In this document: positions 1 to 10,296 of the stretch, piece after piece
How positions within the stretch are numbered: the stretch's first letter is position 1
Layout of the letters: every line of letters starts with the position of its first letter
NCBI GenBank assembly: GCA_047601445.1
Contig: JASGJH010000001.1
Span: 4,064,001 to 4,128,000, forward strand
DNA from: Myxococcales bacterium
Lineage (GTDB): Bacteria > Myxococcota_A > Polyangia > Polyangiales > DASUME01
Reading direction: 5' to 3'
DNA: 64,000 bases
Translations under genes and position numbers: made by a program
The notes under the pieces: model-generated
The model's database searches: none
Seen by the model: only the letters and a program-made list of their open reading frames with translations
Told to the model about the DNA's origin: nothing

Positions 1-883
1 TGGCGCTGAGCTCCGCGCAGATGAAGCCGCTGCGATTGTAGGCGTCCAGCGCGCCCGCAAGGTTGCCCTGGGTCTCGAGCACGCGGCCGACGTTGTCGTG
101 GCTCACGCTGAGGTCGCGCTGCCGCGCCGCATCGGCAGGCTCCTTCTCGGCAAGGTTCGCGCGGATGAACCCTGCCTGGTTGTAAGTCTCGAGGGCGCCG
201 ACGAGGTCGCCCTGGCGACACAGCACGCGACCGACGTCGTCCAGGCTGGCGCACAGGTCTTGCTGCCATACCTTGTTGAAGGGCTCCTTCTGAACCAGCT
301 TCATCAAGATTTGCCGACTCTGATCGAAGGACTCCCGAGCCGCCTCGAGTGCGTTCTGCGCGAACAGCACCCGCCCAATGTGGTCGCAGCTGATGCCGAG
401 CAAGCGCTGCCAGACGAGGTTGTCGGGCTCGAGGGTGGTGAGCCGCGTCGCGATGCCGTGGCTCTCTTCGTAGCTCTTGAGCGCGCGTGCGAACTCGCCT
501 TCCGCCTCCTGAACACGTCCCACGTTGAGGAAGCTGACGCCGAAGTCTCCATGCAAGGTGGCGTCCTCGGGGTCGAGCGCGATGAGCCGTACGGTGATGA
601 GGCCACTTCGGTTGTAGGCCTGGAGCGCAGCGCTGAAGTTCCCCTGCGCTTCGAGCACGCGCCCTGTGTCATCGATACTTGCGGCGAGCTCACGCTGCCG
701 CTGGATGTTGAAGGGTGCCTTGGCGGCGAGTTTCGCGCGGATGGCGCGACTCCGCTCGTAGGCATCGAACGCGCGTCCGAGGTCGCCTCTGGTGAAGAGC
801 AGCCCCCCTGCCTTCGCGAGCTTCTTCAGCTCGTTCTCGGTGGACTCGACGACCGTCGAGCTGCTGTCTTTGTATTCCAGCAT
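1..883 (-). CDS. Tetratricopeptide-repeat protein, 3' end runs off the window
   Basis: Translated by hand from ATG at 883: MLEYKDSSSTVVESTENELKKLAKAGGLLFTRGDLGRAFDAYERSRAIRAKL... Repeated TPR-like units (GRVLEAQGNFSAALQAYNRS; QRDLSVSHDNVGRVLETQGNLAGALDAYNRS). Absent from the ORF track because there is no stop inside the window. Confidence 0.8.
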   Translation of the reverse strand, partial: MLEYKDSSSTVVESTENELKKLAKAGGLLFTRGDLGRAFDAYERSRAIRAKLAAKAPFNIQRQRELAASIDDTGRVLEAQGNFSAALQAYNRSGLITVRLIALDPEDATLHGDFGVSFLNVGRVQEAEGEFARALKSYEESHGIATRLTTLEPDNLVWQRLLGISCDHIGRVLFAQNALEAARESFDQSRQILMKLVQKEPFNKVWQQDLCASLDDVGRVLCRQGDLVGALETYNQAGFIRANLAEKEPADAARQRDLSVSHDNVGRVLETQGNLAGALDAYNRSGFICAELSA

Positions 884-1126
884 GCTGCAGCCTAGCGCAT
901 TCCCGCACAAGTCACGTCGCGATCAGCATGCGCTACGTGCAATCGTCGGCTCGTCATCCAGTGACACGCCAAGATTGACACCACGCGAAACGCGCCGGTC
1001 ATGCCTTCGACTGCACGAGGTCGACTGAAAACCAGAGGCCTTCAGAGGCAACCGCGCAAAGCTGCCACATGTGACAGCTGTGCTCGCGCGAAAAGGCCTG
1101 GAATCAAGCGAGGATCGTGATGACCT

Positions 1127-1690
1127 TCAGTGATCATCGTCGTCTTCTCGCTCGCAGATTCCGCCGTGACAGGGGCCGCGATCGCACTTGTGGCCACAGG
1201 CTCCGCAGTGCTTGTTGTCCTCCAACAGGTCGACGCATTTGTCGCGGCACGAGCTCAGTCCCGCATCGCAGGGGAGCGACGCGTCAGGATTCGCAGGGGG
1301 CTCCGGCGTGGTAGGCACGGACGGCTCGGGCGCAGAAGGCTCCGTTGGAATGGGCACCGATGGCTCCGGCGCGACAGGCTGTGTCGGAGTGGGCACCGCA
1401 GGTTGCGGCAAAGTCGACTCCGTAGGCGCACGGACGCCGGCGTCCGCAGATGGATGCCTGCCGGCGTCAGGCACGGGACTCTTGCCCGCGTCGACCTCGG
1501 TGACCGCAGCGTCTAGTTCGTGTGCCGTATCGTCGTCAGGCGCGGGCACACAGAAGCCGTGACTGCAGATTTGATCGACCTCGCAGTCTCGCTTCGAGGC
1601 GCAGCGCGGCGCCGGGTTCGCGTCGGCCGAGACGTGGCAACCTGCCAACGCCAGCCAACACAGCGCGCCTGGCCGGCATGTTTGCCTCAT
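1127..1690 (-). CDS. Cys-rich lipoprotein with Pro-rich linker and C-terminal myxobacterial Cys-rich module
   Basis: Internal ATG in ORF 1127..2308 gives MRQTCRPGALCWLALAGC (lipobox-like). Contains CASKRDCEVDQICSHGFC and CVDLLEDNKHCGACGHKC. Start overlaps the upstream stop codon. Confidence 0.7.
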   Translation of the reverse strand: MRQTCRPGALCWLALAGCHVSADANPAPRCASKRDCEVDQICSHGFCVPAPDDDTAHELDAAVTEVDAGKSPVPDAGRHPSADAGVRAPTESTLPQPAVPTPTQPVAPEPSVPIPTEPSAPEPSVPTTPEPPANPDASLPCDAGLSSCRDKCVDLLEDNKHCGACGHKCDRGPCHGGICEREDDDDH

Positions 1691-2688
1691 CGCTCCCTCC
1701 CCGTACTGCCAGGTTCGAACGTCCCCCGAACGAGCAAGCCTGCGCCGTGCCAACTCGGGGAGGCCGCCACCTGAACAGGAGCGCGCACGCGGCGCTCGCC
1801 CACGTAGCCCCAGACCAACAGCCCTGCGCCCAATACTGCAGTGGCCGCGCTCGCGACGAAGAGTCCGTTGGCAATGCGGGCCCGCTGCTCGGCCTGTTGC
1901 AGCACGTCCTGGGCGCGCGCCGCGTCGCGGGAGTCCTGGATGTTCATCGCGGCGTAGGTTCGCTCGTCGTGACGGGCAGACGTGCCCACGGCAATGCCCG
2001 CCGAAAGGAGCGCGCCTGCGATGCCGACACTGGCCCAACCCATGGCGCGACGGGCATCGAGGTCCGTACGACGGGGCTGGGCGGGAGGAGTGGCCGTAAC
2101 GACGGGTGCGGCAGGGCGTCGAACCGGCGCGGATCCATAGAGCCCAGACACCAGCGAGCTCACGACTGCGGTGATTTCTGGCTCGGCCAGAGCTGCAGTC
2201 TCGGCCTGACGGGTCCGCATCGTGGGCGCGTCCGGACCATCCTGGGCCGACAACGTGATGCGATGGGCGCCCGAAGGGAGCCGCACGAGCTGACGAACGA
2301 GCAGCCACTCCGACGCTCCCGCCGCTGGCTCGCGCACGTCCGGTGCCAGGGTGTGCGCGATGCGGCCGACGCAGTCCGCGAGTTGGTCAGCCTCGCAGCC
2401 GGCCATCTCCGCGATCTCGGAGAATGACGTGGGCGAAAACTCCACCTCGAACGGGCCCTGCGAAGCAAGTGACCTTTCGAGCGCATCGTCCACGACGCGC
2501 GCAATCGCCACACCGGGGTCGCCTTGATCGTCTCGCATGACAATCAACGGACATGTTCCTTCGGCCCGGCCACGCGAGGCGCCCCCAAGCAGCAGCAACG
2601 CGAAGATCGCGAGCGCGACCCAGGGGCACGCACTATTTCCCATCCTGCCGCGCTGTCCGAGCCAAGGATGCATCCTGCCACCCCTCAT
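1687..2688 (-). CDS. Hypothetical exported/membrane protein with two C-terminal hydrophobic helices
   Basis: Signal-like segment WVALAIFALLLLGGASRGRA. C-terminal TM pair typical of myxobacterial PEGA/TPR-associated proteins. Start uncertain. Confidence 0.6.
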   Translation of the reverse strand: MRGGRMHPWLGQRGRMGNSACPWVALAIFALLLLGGASRGRAEGTCPLIVMRDDQGDPGVAIARVVDDALERSLASQGPFEVEFSPTSFSEIAEMAGCEADQLADCVGRIAHTLAPDVREPAAGASEWLLVRQLVRLPSGAHRITLSAQDGPDAPTMRTRQAETAALAEPEITAVVSSLVSGLYGSAPVRRPAAPVVTATPPAQPRRTDLDARRAMGWASVGIAGALLSAGIAVGTSARHDERTYAAMNIQDSRDAARAQDVLQQAEQRARIANGLFVASAATAVLGAGLLVWGYVGERRVRAPVQVAASPSWHGAGLLVRGTFEPGSTGRER

Positions 2689-2775
2689 TTTCGGTGAGCC
2701 CGAAGGTCTCCGGTGCGTGTCGTAGTGCAGGACACGTGCCGTAGTTCCCCGAACGGGACGCCGAGGCGGTGGCGA

Positions 2776-3315
2776 TCACTTCACCATGCGGAAGCTCGGA
2801 TGCAGCAACCACTGCCGGAGCGCGCCCGGCGAGAGGTACACGTGGCGACAGGAGTCTCCGCTCGATGAGCGAGATTCCGACGCGAAGACACCGGGCCCCT
2901 GGAGAAGAGATTCAGCGTGTCGGCGTGCGCCAGGATCGCCCCCGAGGTCCACCACACCGTCCCAGCGTTCCGCGACGGCGCAACACAGCTCGGCCAGGAT
3001 TCGATGGTCCTGTTCCGCGTTGCAAGCGGCCGAGAACGTGAGCTCGTCGGATGGGCGAAAGCCGAACCCGCGCTCGACCTCCGCGAGCTGCTCCGCCAGC
3101 TCCGTGGGCAACAGGTACGGCTCGAAGCCATGGGTCCACGTGAAGGGTTGGCCGCCATCACCGGCGAGGAAGCTTCCCCCAATCGGACGCGTGTCGGTGA
3201 CCCAGAAGTCACGTCCCCGGACCGCGGAGGAGATGTCGCCCACGTCGGCCTCGAGACGAACCAGCTCTTCCGAAGACAGCGGACGCTCGAACAAGACGGA
3301 GGCAATCGGACCCAT
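2776..3315 (-). CDS. Conserved hypothetical protein (DUF6368-like)
   Basis: MGPIASVLF...AACNAEQDHRILAELC...DLGG...WLLHPSFRMVK pattern, recalled from this family. Confidence 0.55.
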   Translation of the reverse strand: MGPIASVLFERPLSSEELVRLEADVGDISSAVRGRDFWVTDTRPIGGSFLAGDGGQPFTWTHGFEPYLLPTELAEQLAEVERGFGFRPSDELTFSAACNAEQDHRILAELCCAVAERWDGVVDLGGDPGARRHAESLLQGPGVFASESRSSSGDSCRHVYLSPGALRQWLLHPSFRMVK

Positions 3316-3628
3316 GGGCGAATTGTACAAGGAGCGAGAGCGAACCGACGTGGAACCTCGACGCTGGTTGGTGAATTACGGTGGGCGAAGGGACGCTGTC
3401 ACTCGAGTCCTACCCGAACGGGTAGCCACGCGACGCCGCATCTCGCCGTGACTGTGTAGTGCAAGGCGCATCTCGGTTGCAGCGCGCATCCGCAGCGCGC
3501 CGAGCCTGTAGTGCAAGGCACGACCGTCGTTGCGTCCGCGCGCGCTCGAGGAATTTAACGTGGACACTCCGAACCTCCTTCGAGACGATCGAATCCGTCA
3601 CCGCTTGGAACCAGGGGGAAGGTTCACC

Positions 3629-4474
3629 ATGGATCGTGCTGGGCGCGCCGGATGGCTTGCGCGCGCGTTGCTTTGTTTGCTCATCGGTGTCTCGGGAATC
3701 GGCTGTCACGGGTATCGCGACGTCAACCTGCATGGAGACGCGCACCGTCCGATCGGATGGACGTACTTCCCCAACCTGCGCCTGAACGTGGCCCCGCCCG
3801 AGGGCAAGTTCTTGCAGAGCGCCGAGACCACGCTGCAGGAGCTGCGAAGCTGGGTGCAGGACGCCCAGGACGCATCCCATCCGGTTCAGCTGAAGTTCTC
3901 CTCGAACGTGGAGCGCAAGCGCAATCCCTACACCTTCACGGGCTGCGTGCTCACCTTGGGTGTCGTGCCTGCCACGGCGAAGTGGACGGCTCGCAGCGAG
4001 TTGGTCGTCGTGGCCTACGGCGAGCAAGTGCATGCCCATACGGTCACCGAGCACGTGCGCGAGACCGTGGTGGCGCTCGGCGCCTGGATCGGGCTAGGCG
4101 GAGGCGGCGACACCGACGCCCGCGACGTGATGGAGCGCCATCTGTTCGACCGCAGCATGGCGGCGCATCGGACCGCGCTCTTCGACACCCTGCACAAGCA
4201 CGGGCAGGAGTATCTGGCATTCGTCAACGACGGCGGGGCCGAAGCCAATCGACGCTTCGTGCAGACGCACAGGAGCTCCCTGTTCCGTGAGCTCGCCGAG
4301 CAGCGTGCCGGCGAGGCTCCAGCGAACACGCAGGCCGCCTCTGCGCCAGAGACGAGCTCGTCAGCTGTGCCCGCCACGGAGAGCACGCCTGTTGTCCCCA
4401 CGACGGAGACGAGCACACCTACCACGCCCATCGAGTCGAACACGCCTGCCGCTCCCGCGACGGAGGCCATGTGA
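3629..4474 (+). CDS. Hypothetical lipoprotein with Thr/Pro-rich tail
   Basis: MDRAGRAGWLARALLCLLIGVSGIGC lipobox-like start. First of a run of overlapping + strand genes. Confidence 0.65.
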   Translation: MDRAGRAGWLARALLCLLIGVSGIGCHGYRDVNLHGDAHRPIGWTYFPNLRLNVAPPEGKFLQSAETTLQELRSWVQDAQDASHPVQLKFSSNVERKRNPYTFTGCVLTLGVVPATAKWTARSELVVVAYGEQVHAHTVTEHVRETVVALGAWIGLGGGGDTDARDVMERHLFDRSMAAHRTALFDTLHKHGQEYLAFVNDGGAEANRRFVQTHRSSLFRELAEQRAGEAPANTQAASAPETSSSAVPATESTPVVPTTETSTPTTPIESNTPAAPATEAM

Positions 4475-6771
4475 ATACACTCGTGCGAAAGAGAGGGCTG
4501 TGTTTGCTGCGCTGGAGCGTCTGGCTAACTTGCTGGTTCATGCTGAGCCTGAGCGGCACGGCGATGGCGCAAAACGGAACCGTCACCGCGCGCTTTCAAG
4601 GCAGTCCGCAGCGTGATGGCTATGGATGGGCGACCGTCACGGTGCGCTATGCGTTCCTGGCGTGTCCGGGCGATCCCAACGTGCAGCTGGCCTTGGGCCT
4701 GGACAAGTCTTCGCTCTCCACCGACACGCAGTATTGGTACAAGGGAAAGCTCTATCAGCTAGGCTCGCCGCCGCTCCCGCTCTCGGTCAAAAGGCCTTCG
4801 TTCATCGACACGCGGGTCGTGGCGAGCATCCATCGCGCCGGACAGATCGTGGGCAACGTGAACCGAGAGGTAGGGGCCACCTTGGGCATGGGTTGCTTCA
4901 ACGGCGAGCTCAGCGACGTCATGAGGTTCCCGCCAGACGTCAAGGATCGCAACGAGTTCCTGCGCAGCATGGGCCTGAATGAACCCACTCCGGGTCTCGA
5001 GTCCCTGCGCAACGACGACATCGAGTCCATCATCGAGCGCGACCTGGCCGAGCAGGAGCGTTTGAAGCGCGAGGCCGAAGCCGCGGCGGCCAAGGCGGCC
5101 AAGGAAAAAGCAGATCAGGAGAAGGCGGCGGCCGAACAGGCCGAGCGCGAGAAGAAGGAAGCCGAAGAGCGCGCACAGAAAGAAGCCGAAGAGCGCGAGA
5201 AGCGCGAGCGTGACGCGGCGGCCGCAGGCGCGGCGGGAGAAGGTGCCGGAGGCGGAGGCGGCGGAGGCACGACATCCGATGTGCCCGGTGGCTCCAGCGC
5301 GGGACTCACCGATGACAGCGGCGGCAGCTCTGGCAGCGGAAGCAACGGCGACGTTCCCATCGAGTCGACCCCCGAGTACCAACGCGAGCGCTGGGAACGC
5401 TTGCAGCAAGAACAGCGCGAAGCGGAACGCGAGGCCGAGCAAGCCGAGCGTGATCGCTCACTCCAGGCGCAGATCGAGGCCCAGCAAGCACGTGAGGCCC
5501 GTGCCGAGGCCATCGGCAACGCGGCGGCCGACGCGATTACCTCGTTCGGAGCCATGATCGTCGCTGCCAACCAACAGCGAGAGCTGGAAGAGCAGCGACG
5601 CTGGGAGCGCGAGCAGCGCGAGCGAGAGGAACGCGAGCGGGAGCTGGCGGACCGCTGGGAGCAGGCCAAGGCAAGCCCCGACTTCGAGGGCTTCTGCACG
5701 CCTTCACTCGACGCCGCCGACGGACAGCTCGGCGTGGGCGACACCTTCACGGGATGGCACACCTTCACGGACTGTTTGACGCAAGAGCTTCCGCGGACTC
5801 CGAGAGATCACCTGCGCTTCAACGTGATCGAGCCAGGCATGGTGCAAATCGACGTGTTCGGTCGGGTCAGCCGCGTTGAACTCGTGTCGCCGCTCGGCGA
5901 GATCATAGTGGCCGAGCGGATGCAGAACGCGGACGCCTCCTTACGCATCCGCCGCCCCGTGGTGACTGGTCCCCACATGCTGGTGGTGGTCGGCGTCGAA
6001 GACTTGGAGGACGAGTACCGAGTGGTCGCCCAGGTCGCACCTCCAGCGAAGCCGCGCGCCTGCATACGGGGCAGCTGCGGCCCGCGTTGGCTCGAGACCG
6101 GACCCGAGTTCGGTATCCAGCTCAACGGGCTCTACGGCTCGACCCAGCTGGACGCCCAGCCGAACGTGCCCGACAACCTCACGGTGCCCTTCAAGCCCTT
6201 CGAGCCGCACTATTTGCCTGCCCTTCAGCTTGCGCGCCGCAATCCCAAGGGTAGCTGGGGCGGACGCCTGGGATTCGCGACGAGCACGCTGGACGCGCTT
6301 CAAGCGGACTCCTACCTGCTGCGCCTGAGCTCTCGCCTGACCGAATCCGAGATCCGCCGCAGCTTGCTGCGCATGGGCATGTTCCGCGATGTGACCGTCT
6401 ACAGCTTCGAGTTCGCCGACATGCACCTCTCCACATACGTCGAGGGAGCGCTCTACATGCAGACGCTGCTCTTCGGCGGCAAGGGCGTCGATGCCGACGG
6501 CGAGGAGCACCGGCAGCGCATGCGCTTCGCGATGTTCACGCCGGCGCTCGGCGTGGGCGCAGACGTGGCCTTGCTCGACGGCCTGATGCTCGGTTTCTAC
6601 GTGGGCGGCGCGCTCAACGTGGTGGGCACGGGCAAGTACATCGGCCAGGGCGGAACCCAGCGCAGCGAGGACAGCGACATGCGTCCCCAGCTCTTCATGA
6701 ACACCGAGATTCGCACCACCTTATCCTACAAGTTTGGCCAAGGTTACCGTGACCCGCTCACTGAAGACTGA
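4471..6771 (+). CDS. Large secreted protein with Glu/Lys/Ala coiled coil, Gly/Ser linker and possible C-terminal beta-rich domain
   Basis: 766 aa. Signal peptide ending AMA-Q, EAEAAAAKAAKEKADQEK coiled coil, GTGA overlap with the previous gene. Confidence 0.7.
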   Translation: MNTLVRKRGLCLLRWSVWLTCWFMLSLSGTAMAQNGTVTARFQGSPQRDGYGWATVTVRYAFLACPGDPNVQLALGLDKSSLSTDTQYWYKGKLYQLGSPPLPLSVKRPSFIDTRVVASIHRAGQIVGNVNREVGATLGMGCFNGELSDVMRFPPDVKDRNEFLRSMGLNEPTPGLESLRNDDIESIIERDLAEQERLKREAEAAAAKAAKEKADQEKAAAEQAEREKKEAEERAQKEAEEREKRERDAAAAGAAGEGAGGGGGGGTTSDVPGGSSAGLTDDSGGSSGSGSNGDVPIESTPEYQRERWERLQQEQREAEREAEQAERDRSLQAQIEAQQAREARAEAIGNAAADAITSFGAMIVAANQQRELEEQRRWEREQREREERERELADRWEQAKASPDFEGFCTPSLDAADGQLGVGDTFTGWHTFTDCLTQELPRTPRDHLRFNVIEPGMVQIDVFGRVSRVELVSPLGEIIVAERMQNADASLRIRRPVVTGPHMLVVVGVEDLEDEYRVVAQVAPPAKPRACIRGSCGPRWLETGPEFGIQLNGLYGSTQLDAQPNVPDNLTVPFKPFEPHYLPALQLARRNPKGSWGGRLGFATSTLDALQADSYLLRLSSRLTESEIRRSLLRMGMFRDVTVYSFEFADMHLSTYVEGALYMQTLLFGGKGVDADGEEHRQRMRFAMFTPALGVGADVALLDGLMLGFYVGGALNVVGTGKYIGQGGTQRSEDSDMRPQLFMNTEIRTTLSYKFGQGYRDPLTED

Positions 6772-6787
6772 ACCGCGGAGCGTCCTC

Positions 6788-8041
6788 GTGCATTCATCCG
6801 TCGCACTTCGTTCGAAGCTAAGGCTGTCACTGCTCGCGTGGTGGCTGCTCACCAGCGCGGGCTGCCCCGAGAGCTCGGGCTCCCCCGAGTACGAGTGCAG
6901 CGGCGCACAGGAGCTTTCGTTGTCCTGGACCAGCGCAGGATCCAGCTACTGCAACACCGGCTCACTCCTGCCGAACGCGATCCAGGTCGACAGCGACGGC
7001 GGTCTCTCCGCGACCGGCTGCAGCTTTCCCGAAGGCAGCCGTCTGAGCGAGGCCTGCCAGCTCGTCATCCCCGCGATCGGTGGGGGCGCCCAGTGTTCGA
7101 GCAGCAGCAGCTACGGCTACGGATCCGTCAAGTTCTCCCTCTACGCAGAGGGGCTGGGCCCGCAGCTCTCCGGGAACGAACCGATCGCCGACAACCAGGC
7201 GACCGTGCACATCGCGACGGGGGATGGCTGCTCGGCGCCCTATCGGGTGAGCGTCTCGCGTCAGATCCGAAGTCCCCAAACGTCCTGTGAGTTCGTTTGC
7301 GTGAACTACGGGGACTGCGTCGACAACGACGTCGTGTGCGACGGAAACCCCGACTGCGCAGATGGTTCGGACGAGAGCGACTGCCCGGACAGCTGTGGGG
7401 ACGCCAGCCTGGGATACCAGTGCAGCGATGACACCTGCGCTACGCGCTGCGACGGTTCCTACGAGTGCGCCGACGGTAGCGACGAAGATGGCTGTGAGAG
7501 CAATCAGGTCTGCGAGTTCAGCTGCGGCAACGGTGAGTGCGTTTTCCTCTCGCAACAATGTGACGGCTACACCGATTGCGCGACTGGCGCCGACGAGCGC
7601 AACTGCAACTCATCCTGCTCCACCCACCTGATCTGTGACGGCAGATGCGTGCCTCCGAGCTGGATGTGCGACGGCGTGTACCAGTGCAGCGACCGCGCCG
7701 ACGAGCGCACCTGCAACGGCTGCAGCTTGAGCGAGATCGACTGTGGTGATGGCACCTGTCTGGACGACCGCTACCTGTGCAACGGCATCCGGGAGTGCGG
7801 CACGGGCGCCGACGAACAGGACTGCGCGTGTTCGGCCGGCCGCTTCGAGTGCTCGGGCAAGCCCTGCCAACCAGCGGCCAAGCGCTGCGATGGCATCAGC
7901 GACTGCGCGGGCGAGGACGAGGTCGACTGCCGCTGCCCCACCAACACCTTCGACTGCGTCGACGCCTGCGTGCCACGGAGCTTCCGTTGCAACGGCTTCG
8001 TGGACTGCAACAACGGAGCGGACGAGAGCAATTGCCCGTAA
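6788..8041 (+). CDS. Lipoprotein with seven LDL-receptor class A repeats
   Basis: LLTSAGC lipobox-like motif. Seven units ending C(D/N)GxxxCxxxxDExxC, e.g. CDGNPDCADGSDESDC and CNGFVDCNNGADESNC. Start may be GTG 6788 or 6734. Confidence 0.85.
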   Translation: MHSSVALRSKLRLSLLAWWLLTSAGCPESSGSPEYECSGAQELSLSWTSAGSSYCNTGSLLPNAIQVDSDGGLSATGCSFPEGSRLSEACQLVIPAIGGGAQCSSSSSYGYGSVKFSLYAEGLGPQLSGNEPIADNQATVHIATGDGCSAPYRVSVSRQIRSPQTSCEFVCVNYGDCVDNDVVCDGNPDCADGSDESDCPDSCGDASLGYQCSDDTCATRCDGSYECADGSDEDGCESNQVCEFSCGNGECVFLSQQCDGYTDCATGADERNCNSSCSTHLICDGRCVPPSWMCDGVYQCSDRADERTCNGCSLSEIDCGDGTCLDDRYLCNGIRECGTGADEQDCACSAGRFECSGKPCQPAAKRCDGISDCAGEDEVDCRCPTNTFDCVDACVPRSFRCNGFVDCNNGADESNCP

Positions 8042-8086
8042 GGCGAGCGTCCTACGGCCGCGCATGCGCGGGCGCTCTGTGGTACA

Positions 8087-8800
8087 TTGCGCGGCAATCC
8101 TTTGCCAGGCCAACGCAAGTTCCAAGCCCCACGCGGTGGGACCGTCGTGCTCCTCGTGGTCGGACTCGCCATCGCCAAGCTGTATGTGCTGCGCTACGGC
8201 TCGCCCCTCTGGGCCCTGGTTGACGAACCCGGTGAACGGTTCAGCGAAGCCGATGACGCTGCTGGTGAGGTCCTCGAGAACCCGCTCGAAGTGGAAGCGC
8301 TCATCCACGAGAAACCTCTCGAGCACTGGCTCGGATCCATCGAAGATTCCCTGCGGCGTTGCCGTCCCGATGTCCTTAGGCGCGCCCAATTGCGGCCGCC
8401 AGCCACCACGGAGGCGCTCGAGCAGCTCGCGGGCGAACTCGGGCACCCGCTTCCTCCCGAGCTACTGACCTTGCTGCGCTGGCACGACGGACAGCAAGGG
8501 CGCAACTCCCTGGCGGGCTCCGACTACGATTATCTCGATAGCCTGCTGCTCGGCACAGCCGACATCGCTGCGACCCTGCAACGGCTGAGGGGACTGCCCA
8601 AGTACGAACGGACGCCCCTGGTGCCCATCATGAAGAGCGTCGAGCACTCCTACTTCATCGCGATGGACTCCGTAGATCCGGGGGTACAGTGCGAGGTGTC
8701 CCTGGATCGCGATGCCGGCAAGGATCCGTGTCTCGTGGACAGCTTGCAGCAGCGCTTCGGCGTGTTGGCCCTGGACCTGGCCAAGAGCTGCTCGCCGTAG
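8087..8800 (+). CDS. SMI1/KNR4 (SUKH) family protein with N-terminal TM helix
   Basis: LRPPATTEALEQLAGELGHPLPPELLTLLRWHDGQ matches the SMI1/KNR4 N-terminal signature. Confidence 0.7.
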   Translation: MRGNPLPGQRKFQAPRGGTVVLLVVGLAIAKLYVLRYGSPLWALVDEPGERFSEADDAAGEVLENPLEVEALIHEKPLEHWLGSIEDSLRRCRPDVLRRAQLRPPATTEALEQLAGELGHPLPPELLTLLRWHDGQQGRNSLAGSDYDYLDSLLLGTADIAATLQRLRGLPKYERTPLVPIMKSVEHSYFIAMDSVDPGVQCEVSLDRDAGKDPCLVDSLQQRFGVLALDLAKSCSP

Positions 8801-9214
8801 AGCGACCGCTCGTCACTTCGCAGGGCACGTGCCGCCCGGGCAGTATCCTTCTCCGGCCCGCACGAAGCCGTCGGCATCGGGCAAGAGCTTGCGGTAGATG
8901 ATGAGCACGTGCGTAAAGGCGGCCGTCGGAGTCATCTCCATGCAGTACACGCCACTGCCGTGGTCGAGGGGTGTGCTAGCCAGGAGCTTGGCGGCCTCGC
9001 CGCCGATGGCGCAGGCAGACATGGTGCCCCAGAATCTCGAGGCGGAGTGCGTTGGGCCGGCGCTCGAAAAGCGTCATGTCGGGTGAGATGGCGTAACGCT
9101 GCCCGGCACTCATCGGTGTGTCTAGCTTCTTCCAGCTCGTACTCCACACCGAGCCTTCGCCCGTGTCGATGCCGGACGCCCGCGCGGCGGGCACGGTGCA
9201 GATCGCCGAGTTTG

Positions 9215-9568
9215 TCAGTGTTCTGCTTCGAAGGTGTAAGTGCAGAGGCCGTTCTCGCAGGTCACCTTGCCGCTCCCGCATGCGGGAATCCGCCCCATCA
9301 ACGTGCAGCCATTGGGGCACTTGAACTGCGACTCCCACCTTTCCTCGAACGCACGGTTAATGGCGGCTTCGTCTGCTCCGTTCATGCAACTGCAGCACCC
9401 GTTGTGTACGAACACGCAGTCGTCGTCCTTGCTACACCCGCGATACTTCAGCATGCCGCGCTCCGACAAGGGGCGATCGTTCGGGCGGAACTCCGGCTCG
9501 TTGTTGCAGGCGGAGCAGGCTGCCGAGGCGAGCACGAGCATGGCCAGAGCGAGAAGGCGTCGAGTCAT
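9215..9568 (-). CDS. Small Cys-rich lipoprotein
   Basis: MTRRLLALAMLVLASAAC, then CSKDDDCVFVHNGCCSCMNG...CENGLC. Confidence 0.7.
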   Translation of the reverse strand: MTRRLLALAMLVLASAACSACNNEPEFRPNDRPLSERGMLKYRGCSKDDDCVFVHNGCCSCMNGADEAAINRAFEERWESQFKCPNGCTLMGRIPACGSGKVTCENGLCTYTFEAEH

Positions 9569-9675
9569 GAAGCGCCCAGCGTAGTGCCTCTCGCGTCCCA
9601 AATCACCCGGCGCCACCCTGGCCGCGCGCTACAACAGGACCTGCCCCACGGCTTACCTCGCCAGGACCACCTTCC

Positions 9676-10266
9676 ATGCGCACCCTCGTCCGCTCGTTTA
9701 GCATCCTCCTCAGCCTGTCCTTCGTCCTACCTGCTCTGGCTGCTCCCCCCAGCAACACAGCAGTGCTCAAGCCCGTCACGGACCTGGTGTTCAAGGTGCG
9801 TACTCAAAAGGATCTGAGCGCGCTCAAGAACTTCGACAGCGAGCAGCAAGCTCGCTTCGTGCTCGAAGGCGCCTACGACGGGATGACCGACGCGCAGCGC
9901 AAGGAATTCAGCTCCCTGTTCCAGACCATCTTCGCCAAGATCGCTTTCCCCAGGGTGCGCGAGAATCTCAAGGACCTGCTGTCCGCCAGCTACGCCAAGC
10001 CCGTGGTCAAGGGCGACCGTGCGAGTGTCGACTCCACGCTGACCCTCGCCCATCCCATGAAAAACGAGGAGCTCAAGCTCCGATACGTGTTGACCAAGGA
10101 CAAGACGGGCTGGAAGGTCCTGGATGTCCTGGTGCTGGGCAACTCCATGCTGGTCGACGTGCGCGACAACCAGGTGCGCCCGCTGCTCCAGGAGAAGGGT
10201 GTAGAAGGAATGCTCCAGGCCATGCGCGACAAGAATGCGGAGCTCGCGAAGGTCATCCTCAAGTGA
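9676..10266 (+). CDS. MlaC/Ttg2D-family periplasmic lipid-binding protein
   Basis: Signal peptide, MTDAQRKEFSSLFQ, and GWKVLDVLVLGNSMLV resembling the MlaC W(K/R)VYDV motif. Confidence 0.7.
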   Translation: MRTLVRSFSILLSLSFVLPALAAPPSNTAVLKPVTDLVFKVRTQKDLSALKNFDSEQQARFVLEGAYDGMTDAQRKEFSSLFQTIFAKIAFPRVRENLKDLLSASYAKPVVKGDRASVDSTLTLAHPMKNEELKLRYVLTKDKTGWKVLDVLVLGNSMLVDVRDNQVRPLLQEKGVEGMLQAMRDKNAELAKVILK

Positions 10267-10296
10267 CCCGTCCGGAATCATGCCCAGGAGGCAGCC

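Noticed and set aside
98..895. 265-aa + strand ORF
   Set aside because: Antisense shadow of the TPR gene on the - strand.
8813..9022. Small - strand ORF ending YCPGGTCPAK
   Set aside because: May be a real small gene or remnant, but has no clear start or family motif.
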